Part shown: positions 24,301 to 33,166 of the stretch, piece by piece | Layout of the letters: every line of letters starts with the position of its first letter | Numbering within the stretch: the first letter of the stretch is position 1 | DNA from: a virus | Taxonomy: Duplodnaviria; Caudoviricetes | Direction: 5' to 3' (one strand) | Length of the DNA: 34,118 nt | IMG/VR virus record: IMGVR_UViG_3300025652_000254 | Span: 1-34,118 of that record | Notes under the pieces: generated by a model | The model's database searches: none | What the model was told of the DNA's origin: nothing | The model's input: only the letters and a program-made list of their open reading frames with translations | Translations under genes and position numbers: made by a program

Positions 24301-27300
24301 ATGTCCTCGGACAAACTTGTCTCTAGGGTAGTTAGCTCATCCCTGAAGTCTTCTCGTATGGCAAGCTCAGAGTCCGCTATAGTGTCCAGCAGGTTTTCTT
24401 CTGTTGTACCTAGCTCTGCGGATACATCTGCAATGGACTGTGCTAACGCTTCATCACGAGAAAGCCCTGTTGCCTCATACTCTGCTATCTTCTCAAGAAG
24501 GTTTGTCTCAAGGCTGGACATATCCCCAACCAAACTTGCCTTCAGATCGACTAACTCGTTCCTGAAATCCTCTCGTATGGTAAGTTCAGAGTTCGCTATA
24601 ACGTCTATTAGGGATTCTTTTGTCGTACCTAGATCACCAGCAAGCTCATCAATAGCCTGCGCTAACGCTTCATCACGAGAAAGCCCTGCTGCTTCGTATT
24701 CAGCCACTTTAGCGAGAATGCTTGTCTCAAGGTTCGACATATCCCCAAGCAAACTTGTCTTCAGATTAGCTAATTCGCCTTTGAAGTCTTCTCGTATGGT
24801 GAGGTTAGAGTTTGTTATAACGTCTAACAGCTCTGCCTTTGTTGTACCTAGCTCTGTGGACACCTCTTCGATGGCCCTAGCCAGTGCTTCATCCCGAGAA
24901 AGCCCTTCTGCTTGGTACTGATCCATCTTGCCAAGGAAACTTGTTTCGAGGGTAAGCATGTCTTGAGACACATCTTCAATAGCTTTGGCTAGTGCTTCAT
25001 CCCGAGAAAGCCCTTCCGCTTGGTACTGAGCCATCTTGCCAAGGATACTTGTCTCAAGATTAGCCATATCCTCAGATACAATCGTCTCTAGGACAGCTAG
25101 TTCGTCCCTAAAGTCTGTTCGTAAGGAAGACTCAGAGTCCCCTATGATGTCTAGCAGAGTTTGTGTTGTTGTGCCCAATTGACCTGCAAGCTCGCTAATA
25201 GCCTGCGCCAATGCTTCATCACGAGTCTTACCCTCTCCTTGTAGCTGATCTATACGGTCATTAAGCTGCTGCTCAGACTCTGTTAGCTGGTCGGACAACG
25301 CAGCTATTTGATCGTCTACAGGATCGACTACAGGATCGACTACAGGATCGACTACAGGATCGACTACAGGATCGACTACAGGATCGACTACAGGATCGAC
25401 TACAGGATCGACTACAGGATCAACTACAGGATCGACTACAGGATCGACTACAGGATCGTCTACAGGATCTGGCGTTGGGTTAAGTAAGCTACCGTCATCG
25501 TCAATGCCAGAATCCGTACGGGCAGTAGAGTCTGGGTTGATTGATTCAATCTGGTCTAGCAGACTGTCTAATTGCAAAGGCGTTGTGTTTGGATTACCAA
25601 GCAGCCCGTCTAGCTGAAGCATTAACATGTTTTCAGAGTATTCAGTCACATTGTCTGAAGCGTACTTTTCTGACTTACCTACAAACTCAGCCAAGTCTTC
25701 TTGTGTAGGTGTATACCCAATGTCAGTAAAGTAATCCCTAGCTTCTCGGTTAGTGACATACATCGGGTCGAAAACATCAGAACGTAAGCTGTTAAGCGCA
25801 GCCTCGGCTTGCCCAGACTCGGTTTGGCGTACGTACTGAGCGACCTGTTCGTTAGTTAATGTCAGACCTTCAAGCGCTGCGACATCTATGGCTTCTTGTG
25901 CGTCGATATAGCTGCGGTCTACTAAGTCTGCAACGCTAGCAGCTAACCTATCTTCAGCGATGTCGCCGGTAAAACCAAGTATGTCCGCTTCAGTGGGGGC
26001 GTAATCAGGGTTTTCAATTTGGAACGTATCTTTGGATTCGGTATATGTGGTGTAATCCGCGTCAAACGCATCATTTAATAGGGTGGTTTGTAGACCGCCG
26101 TATTCATCACTGGCTATACCAAATTCTGCTAAGGCCGCTTTAGCCTGTGCATCATTAATCAGCCCCCTCTTAGCGCCTTCTATTGTGGCATTTATACCTG
26201 CATGAGTAGAGCGTACAGCCCCAGCCAAAGCATCTCGTGCGCCATCAACACCTAACAAAGCCGATGTAACTGCGGTGCCGCTAATAAGACCTCCCGCACC
26301 GGCAGAAGCTATTGCAGCGCCCCAGTCGCGGTTTGGATCTGTAGAAGTTAGAGTAGCCTCTAACGCTGTCCCAGTTAGTGCTTCTTCTCCGTATTCAAAA
26401 ATCCCTTCTTTACCCGCAGTTTTTGCAGCCCGCAGCCCTGTAACGAGAGCGTCTCCAGCATTGACACGATCACCTAGCTCTTTAGCCAAAGCCTCCATTT
26501 TTGGGTTTAAGGTGGTTTTTTTACCCCCGAGTAAGAGTTTGTCTAGTGCCTCGCCACCCAAACCAAAAGATGCAAGCGACAGCACCGTAGCGGTACCACC
26601 GCTAATCATTGCAGCATCATGGGCAAACTTGTGGATCTCATCCATTTGCCCCGGAAATAGACCATTCTGGTCAACTAAATTGCCGATAGGTATACCGGCG
26701 GATTGCATAAGAGCTACTGTGGCTTCGTTGTTTTCTCGTAACTGCTTTAGTTTCGCATCAAACGCCTCGTCATAAGCCCCGTCAGCGCTACCCCCAAAAG
26801 CCTCGCTAGCGTCGGTAGCAGCGGCGGTAGTCAAACCAGCCCTCGTACCAATCTGAGTTGCTGCAACTTTAGCAGAAGCGGATACCGCGCCTTTCCCTGC
26901 AATTTTTGCTGCGGATAACGCAGCGCCCTTCGCTATTACTCCTGCACCACCACCAACAAGTAAAGGGCCGATTTCTTGGAAAAGCTCTACCCCTGCAAGT
27001 TCAGCCAGCATGATAGTTGGGTCGTCAGCAAGTGCGTCTGTCCATGCTTGAGTAGTGCCCCAGAACCCTTCTGCTTCTTGTATTGTCCCCCACATGTCTT
27101 TAACGCGGGCTTGGTATCCTTCGGTATTCGCAGAATCGCCAAGTTCAAGAAGTTTATTTACGTATTGACCAAGTTCTAAGTCATCTGGGCGTGCCCCAAA
27201 TAGGTAAGTAAGCCCCAACATGGCTTTGGTAAAACCCGCACCCGCACGGATCATGTTTGCAGTGGTGTTAATTGCACCCGCTTCCAAATTAGCGGCTAGC

Positions 27301-30300
27301 TCACGGGCTTTTGTCTCGTCCATGCCAGAAGCAAGCATCGCGGGTAAGATGTTTTCAGCCACATTATTAGCGGCTTCTACAGCGTCTTCAGCTATTTCGT
27401 AAACGCTAATGCCGTCAGTCGCGCTTTCTACGCCGTTCTCTTTGACGTATTCAGCGCTTTCTTTATTGCCTGTAGCAGAGTCGGCACGACCTAACTTGTT
27501 TGTGTACGCTTCTGGGTCACTGTTACGTAACTTTGCAAGTTCATCGAGATCCAACGCAGATACAGCATCTACAAGTCTGCCAGTAAGCTCCACACCAGAC
27601 TCTTCTAGCAACCTTAAATGGCTATAACCTTCACCACGCAGCTCTACATAGGCGTTTATAGCATCTAAGCGGAAATCTGCGGGAGAGGCGTTACCGCCAG
27701 CTCTGCGAGCCATAGACTCAGCTATTTGATCTATTGCTAACCCAATAGACGCTGCTCTAGCTTCTGGAGTCACTCCGGGCAAAAATTGTTCCGTGGTGTA
27801 TTTCGTACCTTCAATATCTAATTCAATTACGCCATCAGCAACAAAAGTATCTGCTACAGAGACATTGGGGTCTGCAATTCGAGAATCTGCTTCAAAATTA
27901 AGCGGTGTAGTGGGGGCTTCTTCTCCAAAAGACTGTCCAAGTAAAGTGTTAAGTGTGCTTCGTGGGTCTAACCTGTCCGCTAAAGAAACCCCCGCCGCGT
28001 CAAGATATTTTTGGAACTGCGGGGCATCTATAATTTCATTAGCAAGATCAAGTTTTTGTTCTTGCGGTATGTCTCTAGTGGTACGAAAAATATTAGCCCA
28101 CAAAGAAGGTTTTTCCTTAAACTTAAGTAACAACCCATTGACATCTTCAAATATAGGAAGTCCATCTTCATCGACCAACCCACGGGGTTTGTAGCCTCCT
28201 AATACTTCAGACATTTCTGCGGCTCTTGCCGCTTCCCTATTAAAGGCAGCAATACCGTACTTACGTATATATTCATCTTCGCCTAGAAGATCAGAAAACT
28301 CCTCACGTTCTAAGTCTTGTTGTGCTCTAGTTAGCCCTGCTATACCTTCAGAACCTTCAAACTGATAATCAATACCCCCCGCTGCGGCAGTTATATCCGC
28401 TTGACTTGGTGAGAACAGACCACCTATAGCTTCACCAGTGCCGCGTAACACCTCGCCCATTTTCTCGAAGAAGGTGTCTTTGTTTATGCCTGCTATACCG
28501 CCACCAGACAGGACGTACTGCCCTAAGCCTATAGATAAAGCATCTTCAAGCTCGATACCTTGCGTTAAGGCTACTTGGGTTCTGACCAAACCATTCACTA
28601 ACAAGTCTTGGTTTACACCTGCTCTGTCAAGCAGTTCGGGGGTAAGTCCTACCTTGTTGAGAGCAGTGGTGGTTAGATCAGGGCCAAAAGCTGCAAGCAC
28701 CCCCGCACCAAGATTACCGCTTACAGCACCAGAACCTACTTGGGCTGCTGCGTATAAAAGTTTTGCCGTGTTGTATTCTGTTAGCGCTTGTGCGGCTAAG
28801 GATGCTGCGCCGGGGCCAGCAGCGGCAAGAGTTTCATAAGCTGCTTTAGCATTACCCAGCTTTTGTGCGGCGGTTGATCCGACAAACGACAGCCCTGCAC
28901 TTTTGAGTACGTCTTCAAAATCTCCACCAGATATAACGGTTTGCCCTGCGGATACTGCTGCGGTAGCAGCGGCTAACTGTGTAGCACTATACCCAGCAGC
29001 GCCAGCAGCACCAGCAGCAGTACCACCACCAGCAGTACCCGCAGCGGCCGGAGCACCGAACATTCCTGTTTTTACAAGCATTTGCGGGGCGTAAAACGCA
29101 ATAGCTACAGAAGCTATGATCTTAGCGGCGTTTTGAAAGTCCCTGTCTTTAACTTCTTTTGTACGTATTTCACCATAAGTAAACGGGTCGTATATATAAG
29201 TAGAGCCGTCTTTTGTCTGTCGTAGGGGAGTAACGTCATACTTACCGTACAACGCTTGTATCATAGGATCTTCGCTATACGCGGCTTGCAATGCGTCTTG
29301 GTAATTCAATCCGCGAGTTATCTGTAGATAAGGTATCTGCTCTTGAAGAATGGGTTCAATAAACGAATGAAACTCAGAAAGTTGCGCTTGCGAAGAGTTT
29401 GTATGGGTTTGTAAATTGCCACCAAACCTTCCTAGCTGCTGCGCTACAGGAGAAAAATCTATTCCATAATACCCACCGAGAACGGTAGCAACTTGTTCTG
29501 GCGAATCTGTGATGGACAATACGGTGTAAGCGTTTTTTGCTTCGTTCTCGTCACGAGACTTGTTTTTTTGTAGTACATCAGTGAGGTACGCAGGGGCACT
29601 TGTAGAGTTTATGTATTCATCTGGACTAATAGTGAATTTTAAAGTACCGCCATAGGTACCGCCCTCACCCCCGACAATATCCGCATAGTCATTGATGTTC
29701 GCGGCTTTAAGCGCTTCGTCGTACGCCCTGTCATACCAGTCGTCTACTTCATCTACGTCGTCTATTGCGTAGTAGTCAGCGCCTTGCGCTAGTTTAGCTT
29801 TATACGCTGCACGGAAATCTTGAGCGGCTTTGGGGCTTACGGCTAGAGGTTGACTACGGCGTTCGGCAAGTGCGTCCGCTTCAGCTTTCGCTTTTGCTTC
29901 TTCCTCAGCTTTGCGTGCGGCTTCCGCTTCAGCTTCCTTCCTCTTACGTTCTTCCTCTTCAAACAGCTTTTGAAACCTTAGTCTGTCTTCTTCCTCTTGG
30001 AGTTTTATGGCTTCAGCAGCTTTTCGGAGACGTTCGGCTGCTTTTCTCTTACGTTCCGCTTCGGCTTCAGCTTCTCTTTTCGCTTTTGCTTCCGCTTCGG
30101 CTTTTGCCTTGGCTTCAGCTTCTGCTTTAGCTTTTTCTGCTGCTTCGGCTTCTGCTTTAGCTTTTGCTTCAGCTTCTTTCTTCGCTTTCGCAGCCGCTTC
30201 TGCCTTTGCCTTAGCTTCAGCTTCCGCCTTAGCTTTTGCTGCTGCTTTTGCCTTGGCTTCAGCTTCCCTTCTCTTACGTTCTTTCTCTTGTTCCCTAAGA

Positions 30301-30356
30301 AAATTTGCTATGTAGTCATCGGAAAAATTAGTATCGCCAGCGCCACCTTCACTCAT
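21381..30356 (-). CDS. Giant (2991 aa) repeat-rich putative internal virion protein
   Basis: Uninterrupted ORF coupled by TAATG overlaps at both ends. Contains an A/E/K helix, Gly/Ala hydrophobic segments, DPVV repeats, 36/73-aa repeats, an EF-hand-like loop and a polyQ tract. Confidence 0.85.
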   Translation of the reverse strand: MSEGGAGDTNFSDDYIANFLREQEKERKRREAEAKAKAAAKAKAEAEAKAKAEAAAKAKKEAEAKAKAEAEAAEKAKAEAEAKAKAEAEAKAKREAEAEAERKRKAAERLRKAAEAIKLQEEEDRLRFQKLFEEEERKRKEAEAEAARKAEEEAKAKAEADALAERRSQPLAVSPKAAQDFRAAYKAKLAQGADYYAIDDVDEVDDWYDRAYDEALKAANINDYADIVGGEGGTYGGTLKFTISPDEYINSTSAPAYLTDVLQKNKSRDENEAKNAYTVLSITDSPEQVATVLGGYYGIDFSPVAQQLGRFGGNLQTHTNSSQAQLSEFHSFIEPILQEQIPYLQITRGLNYQDALQAAYSEDPMIQALYGKYDVTPLRQTKDGSTYIYDPFTYGEIRTKEVKDRDFQNAAKIIASVAIAFYAPQMLVKTGMFGAPAAAGTAGGGTAAGAAGAAGYSATQLAAATAAVSAGQTVISGGDFEDVLKSAGLSFVGSTAAQKLGNAKAAYETLAAAGPGAASLAAQALTEYNTAKLLYAAAQVGSGAVSGNLGAGVLAAFGPDLTTTALNKVGLTPELLDRAGVNQDLLVNGLVRTQVALTQGIELEDALSIGLGQYVLSGGGIAGINKDTFFEKMGEVLRGTGEAIGGLFSPSQADITAAAGGIDYQFEGSEGIAGLTRAQQDLEREEFSDLLGEDEYIRKYGIAAFNREAARAAEMSEVLGGYKPRGLVDEDGLPIFEDVNGLLLKFKEKPSLWANIFRTTRDIPQEQKLDLANEIIDAPQFQKYLDAAGVSLADRLDPRSTLNTLLGQSFGEEAPTTPLNFEADSRIADPNVSVADTFVADGVIELDIEGTKYTTEQFLPGVTPEARAASIGLAIDQIAESMARRAGGNASPADFRLDAINAYVELRGEGYSHLRLLEESGVELTGRLVDAVSALDLDELAKLRNSDPEAYTNKLGRADSATGNKESAEYVKENGVESATDGISVYEIAEDAVEAANNVAENILPAMLASGMDETKARELAANLEAGAINTTANMIRAGAGFTKAMLGLTYLFGARPDDLELGQYVNKLLELGDSANTEGYQARVKDMWGTIQEAEGFWGTTQAWTDALADDPTIMLAELAGVELFQEIGPLLVGGGAGVIAKGAALSAAKIAGKGAVSASAKVAATQIGTRAGLTTAAATDASEAFGGSADGAYDEAFDAKLKQLRENNEATVALMQSAGIPIGNLVDQNGLFPGQMDEIHKFAHDAAMISGGTATVLSLASFGLGGEALDKLLLGGKKTTLNPKMEALAKELGDRVNAGDALVTGLRAAKTAGKEGIFEYGEEALTGTALEATLTSTDPNRDWGAAIASAGAGGLISGTAVTSALLGVDGARDALAGAVRSTHAGINATIEGAKRGLINDAQAKAALAEFGIASDEYGGLQTTLLNDAFDADYTTYTESKDTFQIENPDYAPTEADILGFTGDIAEDRLAASVADLVDRSYIDAQEAIDVAALEGLTLTNEQVAQYVRQTESGQAEAALNSLRSDVFDPMYVTNREARDYFTDIGYTPTQEDLAEFVGKSEKYASDNVTEYSENMLMLQLDGLLGNPNTTPLQLDSLLDQIESINPDSTARTDSGIDDDGSLLNPTPDPVDDPVVDPVVDPVVDPVVDPVVDPVVDPVVDPVVDPVVDPVVDPVVDPVDDQIAALSDQLTESEQQLNDRIDQLQGEGKTRDEALAQAISELAGQLGTTTQTLLDIIGDSESSLRTDFRDELAVLETIVSEDMANLETSILGKMAQYQAEGLSRDEALAKAIEDVSQDMLTLETSFLGKMDQYQAEGLSRDEALARAIEEVSTELGTTKAELLDVITNSNLTIREDFKGELANLKTSLLGDMSNLETSILAKVAEYEAAGLSRDEALAQAIDELAGDLGTTKESLIDVIANSELTIREDFRNELVDLKASLVGDMSSLETNLLEKIAEYEATGLSRDEALAQSIADVSAELGTTEENLLDTIADSELAIREDFRDELTTLETSLSEDMSNLEANILDKVNEYENAGLSRDEALSQAIDDLAGDLGTTKENLLITIANSELAIREDFKGELTGLKASLLGDMSNLEASILDRVAEYEAAGLSRDEALAQAIEAVSGELGTTEQNLLDVVEDSALAVREDFRNELTTLKTNLSEEMSNLEANLLGKMAEYENAGLSRDEALAKAIEDVSGELGTTEQNLLDRITDSDLAIREDFKGELESLQADLSEGMSNIEANLLGKMAEYENAGLSRDEALAKAIEDVSGELGTTEQNLLDRITDSDLAIREDFTNELSALRTTLSEDVSNLETSLLEKMAEYEGAGLSRDEALARSIADVSGELGTTEQNLLDRIANSDTAIREEFKDEIDNLQASLAGDVANLEANLLEKIAGYEAAGLSRDEALSQSVADVSAELGTTEQSLLDRIAGSELAIREDFGTELANLQASLSGDVANLETNLLEKIAEYEAAGLSRDEALALAIEDVSGDVAGLETNLLNKVAEYEAAGLSRDEALSRAVADVSGDVASLETNLLDKIAEYEAAGLSRDEALTKAIEDVSGDVANLETTLLNKVAEYEAAGMSRDEALAKTVDELASDLGTTKETLLDAIADSELSVREDFKGELADLQTSLSGEVAGLETNVLDKMAEYEAAGLSRDEALAKAIEDVSGDVDATTRTLLTKIDEAEQAGADRDTALRTSISDLASELGVTEETLLTRIGESEESLRAAIGETEADLLRAISGAEGALTAEIEAVAELVGKPASEVTDADIDFVADLIAQQEAINDPATYTQEQLAYDVTGDGVVDQADLDLLQQARTGQDVLFDLDSMFAPTGLYAAQQQTQQALQRQMEQQQQQQIQTQQELQQQQELQQQQQMQQQMQSQQAIQTQIAQEGEQARRRDLLGQIMGAADITGQQVTVDQSPLAQIDYLYDFGSIFGPQQRASMFPTPYGTIERGPVQPTTRPRLPFGRKRGGIIDANDELLRIIGES
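21695..21837 (-). repeat. Glutamine-rich low-complexity tract
   Basis: CAG/CAA-rich stretch encoding QQQTQQ...QQQQQQ...QQQQQMQQQMQSQQ. Confidence 0.8.
22260..25250 (-). repeat. Degenerate coding tandem repeats with 219-bp and 108-bp periods
   Basis: 16 RDEAL anchors (mostly GLSRDEAL) at 22376, 22595, 22703, 22811, 22919, 23138, 23357, 23576, 23795, 24014, 24233, 24452, 24671, 24890, 24998 and 25217, plus a degenerate RDTAL near 22268. Confidence 0.92.
25309..25470. repeat. 12-bp tandem repeat (GGATCGACTACA) x ~13, encoding (DPVV)n
   Basis: 11 core units at 25321-25452 (one with a single substitution), flanked by GATCGTCTACA variants. Confidence 0.97.
29860..30290 (-). repeat. Ala/Glu/Lys low-complexity repeat (KAKAEAEA)n
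   Basis: Repeated AEAKAKAE-type units at the N-terminus of the giant protein. Confidence 0.85.
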
Positions 30357-30679
30357 TACGATACCTCCAACAAACTAGCGACAACGTGTAACCTGTTAGC
30401 AGTTGCAGCGGTAACTTTTAGTATTTCGGATTCTTCTATCACTAAAGGCGCAGTGAGTAGCTCCACGGTAGCGTTAGCGCTTACGGCTTTTGTGTTAAAC
30501 ACGTTAAATACTGCCGAAGCAGAATCGGTCAAAGTCACTGTTATGGTGTCGGCATTGCCAGAGTCTTCGGACACTAATATAGACTTAACGATGGTCGTCG
30601 TAGCTATAGGGCACGTATACAGTGTAGTTGCGTTAGTGGTAGTTAAATCTACCTTGGCGTTCCTGTAGAGATTAGCCAT
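30356..30679 (-). CDS. Small beta-rich virion structural protein
   Basis: 107 aa, Thr/Val-rich (TTLYTCP, IVKSILV), TAATG-coupled within the structural block. Confidence 0.7.
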   Translation of the reverse strand: MANLYRNAKVDLTTTNATTLYTCPIATTTIVKSILVSEDSGNADTITVTLTDSASAVFNVFNTKAVSANATVELLTAPLVIEESEILKVTAATANRLHVVASLLEVS

Positions 30680-30873
30680 TAGCTAAGGAACCAACTGTTA
30701 GCCTCAGAAACATCCGATATATACGCATCTCGTACAGCTTTATCCATGTTGTTGAAGTATATACGTAGAGTATTGTTTAGCTGATCTTGATACTCCATGC
30801 TGTACATGGGAGTAGGCTGCGGCAGTGCAGGAGCAACAAAGTTTACGTAGTATCTAGTAGTATCAATACTCAT
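30679..30873 (-). CDS. Small virion-associated protein
   Basis: 64 aa (APALP..Y...YQDQLNNTLRIYFN), coupled to both neighbours. Confidence 0.7.
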   Translation of the reverse strand: MSIDTTRYYVNFVAPALPQPTPMYSMEYQDQLNNTLRIYFNNMDKAVRDAYISDVSEANSWFLS

Positions 30874-32747
30874 TATCGCCTCCCGTCCGCACGCATATCA
30901 ATCCTTGGTGTACCTAACTGCCACGTAACACCTTCTCCAGTAGATTCTATCTTAACTGCTAACTGCCGCCCTCGCACTCGTGTATTGAGTTGTTGTGTAA
31001 ACGCTTCCACTGGCAGCACCGCGCTTCTTGTAATTGTGCCGCTGTTTGACCCCCCTTCAGACAGGGGTGAGTTGTAGCCCGCACCAGAATTAGCGAGAGG
31101 TAACAAGGTCATTGTTGCAACAGGAGCGGCGGCTGTAGAACCTTCAAAGGTAATATCCGGTATCACTCGCCAAATAAACGCAAACTGATGTCCGTCTTCT
31201 ATGTCGAACTGAGCAGAAGATATGTTCGCCGTAATCGCTGCCGGTGTCGTAGTCTGGTTGTCGTCTGTACCTTGTTCATGGTCTACAAGGTTATAGCTGT
31301 ACGTAGCGGCAAGTGGAGCTTCTCGCAGTCCAGAATCAAGCCACGCCGTACGAGATAGCGTACCGTAATACCAAATGTCTTCTTGGTAATTGTACACCGC
31401 GTATCTGTTTGCGGTTTGTGAGTCAGAAGAACAGTAGAACCACCATATTTCATGGAAAGACTCATTCGTACCGGCGAATACCTGATCGTACTGTAGGGAG
31501 TTAAAGTCGTTGAATATGTACCTACGGATGTCGCAGCGTAGCGGTTGAGTTCGCCCGTCGTACTTATAGAACTTATCCTTACCCATCCAGTAAGCCACAC
31601 CGTTAGCGTAGGCTACGCAGTTCTGGGACGCTGTAGAGGTGTTTTCTCCTACTAACTGTGCACCCCATACAGCAGGTGCTCCCACGTACTGCAAGGAATA
31701 AAGCGCAGAATCCGTCCACACCAATACCTCTTGGCGAGCCTGCGTAGCCGTAATAATCTCTGAACCGTTAGACAGCCGTAGGTCACCTGCTTGGTTACTT
31801 GCGGCGGGTGTCCAGTTACTTACGCTTTCTTGATCTGCCCATCGTATTAACATGGGGTCAAGCGTGGTACTGCCTAACGGGTTAGTACCAAGACAGAACA
31901 CAAACCGACTTATGTCAGAAACAAGAATGCGATTTTGTACAACAGGTACGTTGGACGCCGTGCTAGAAAAGGCATCTGCGACTAGCTGTGCACGAGTATT
32001 GAGGCCATTTGTAGCATCCCAATAGTAAACACCCCCACCACGAGGGCCGAATACTAAGTCTTCACCAAAATTAGTTTGGCTCCAGAGACGAAGAGCCTCC
32101 GTATTAGAGCCTCCTGTACCCCACACATTCTCACCCCAATCACCAGCGCTCCAACCTGTTACTGGTTCAGCAAATTCGGGGCCAGTGTTTAGCTGGTACG
32201 CGCCGACTACAGAGCTTCCACCGTTTCCTGTATCAGATGAGTTTGCGGTAGCTGTAGCAGTTATTGTGTACGTGTTTGCAGTAGGGAGAGGGCCGACTTG
32301 GTATTCTTGATTTAAGACATCTGCGGTTATATTACCGCCAAGAGATACTGCTCCGCTAAAGGTAACAAAATCACCTTCGAGAGCGCCATGCGACGAATCG
32401 GTAACGGTTATGGTGGTACTGCCATTAGTCGCAGCAAAAGTCACATCACCGGCAGCGGTAGTAGCGCGAATGGGAGTAATGTCGTTGTATCCGCCGCCAA
32501 GTTCTATATAGAACTTTAGGTTGGTACCTACGCCAATAAGATCCTGTTTGTTTAACGTAACCCAATTATGTAACGAACGGCAGACGCCTTGGAACGTGGT
32601 ATCTGATATACGTACCCACCCACCGATTTTTTCAGGCATACCTTGGCGAAACCGCACTTTGTCGCACTCATACCAACCGCCTTCGCTCGTGTACCGCGTG
32701 TTTTCTCGGTTTACTCCGGGCTTAAACTGTAGCTTCTGCAAAGGCAT
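30873..32747 (-). CDS. Tail hub / packaged-DNA stabilisation protein (P22 gp10-like)
   Basis: 624 aa, beta-rich. N-terminal FKPG...VRFRQGMPEKIGGW, internal IRWADQE, C-terminal RIDMRADGRR. Located upstream of the ejection genes. Confidence 0.7.
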   Translation of the reverse strand: MPLQKLQFKPGVNRENTRYTSEGGWYECDKVRFRQGMPEKIGGWVRISDTTFQGVCRSLHNWVTLNKQDLIGVGTNLKFYIELGGGYNDITPIRATTAAGDVTFAATNGSTTITVTDSSHGALEGDFVTFSGAVSLGGNITADVLNQEYQVGPLPTANTYTITATATANSSDTGNGGSSVVGAYQLNTGPEFAEPVTGWSAGDWGENVWGTGGSNTEALRLWSQTNFGEDLVFGPRGGGVYYWDATNGLNTRAQLVADAFSSTASNVPVVQNRILVSDISRFVFCLGTNPLGSTTLDPMLIRWADQESVSNWTPAASNQAGDLRLSNGSEIITATQARQEVLVWTDSALYSLQYVGAPAVWGAQLVGENTSTASQNCVAYANGVAYWMGKDKFYKYDGRTQPLRCDIRRYIFNDFNSLQYDQVFAGTNESFHEIWWFYCSSDSQTANRYAVYNYQEDIWYYGTLSRTAWLDSGLREAPLAATYSYNLVDHEQGTDDNQTTTPAAITANISSAQFDIEDGHQFAFIWRVIPDITFEGSTAAAPVATMTLLPLANSGAGYNSPLSEGGSNSGTITRSAVLPVEAFTQQLNTRVRGRQLAVKIESTGEGVTWQLGTPRIDMRADGRR

Positions 32748-33166
32748 TAGCGGTACTCCCCAGTCCTTATCATCTCAGTTACTTCTAGGGCACGGTTGCC
32801 AACTTGTTTGGCCCAAAGGCTATCCATAAACTCATCCGCAGCAATATCAAACTGCTCGCGGGACATAGCTTCCAGAGCGTTAACAAACCCACGTAGTCGC
32901 GTAATACCTAGATTGAAGCACATATCAACCATCGCGTCTCGTCTAGCTTTGTTCAGCCCTCCGTACCAGTAATACGCATCTTGCAGTTCTTGGTGACAAC
33001 GCTCTAAGTCGTTATGTAGTAAGTAGTCAATCTCATCGGCAGACAAGCCCAAGCCAGACTCTGAGATGTTTCGGCCTACACCTATGGTTTCAAAACCCGC
33101 AGTACATAAGTACACCTTAGACTTGACGCCCTCATGCCGCTTAACCATCTCGACTAGATCACCCAT
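32747..33166 (-). CDS. Endolysin, T4-lysozyme-like (GH24)
   Basis: HEG-x4-VYLC-TAG-x2-TIGVGRN catalytic region, DMCFNLG, DSLWAKQVGNRA. Confidence 0.92.
   Translation of the reverse strand: MGDLVEMVKRHEGVKSKVYLCTAGFETIGVGRNISESGLGLSADEIDYLLHNDLERCHQELQDAYYWYGGLNKARRDAMVDMCFNLGITRLRGFVNALEAMSREQFDIAADEFMDSLWAKQVGNRALEVTEMIRTGEYR

Noticed and set aside
21979-24921. 980-aa + strand ORF
   Set aside because: Antisense shadow of the repeat region of the giant gene. It is Ser-rich, mirrors the repeats codon for codon and has no RBS.
25309-25470. Possible CRISPR array
   Set aside because: Contiguous 12-bp units with no spacers, in frame within a CDS.
29870-30668. + strand ORFs rich in Phe/Cys/Ser/Ala/Leu
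   Set aside because: Antisense translations of the KAKAEAEA low-complexity tract.
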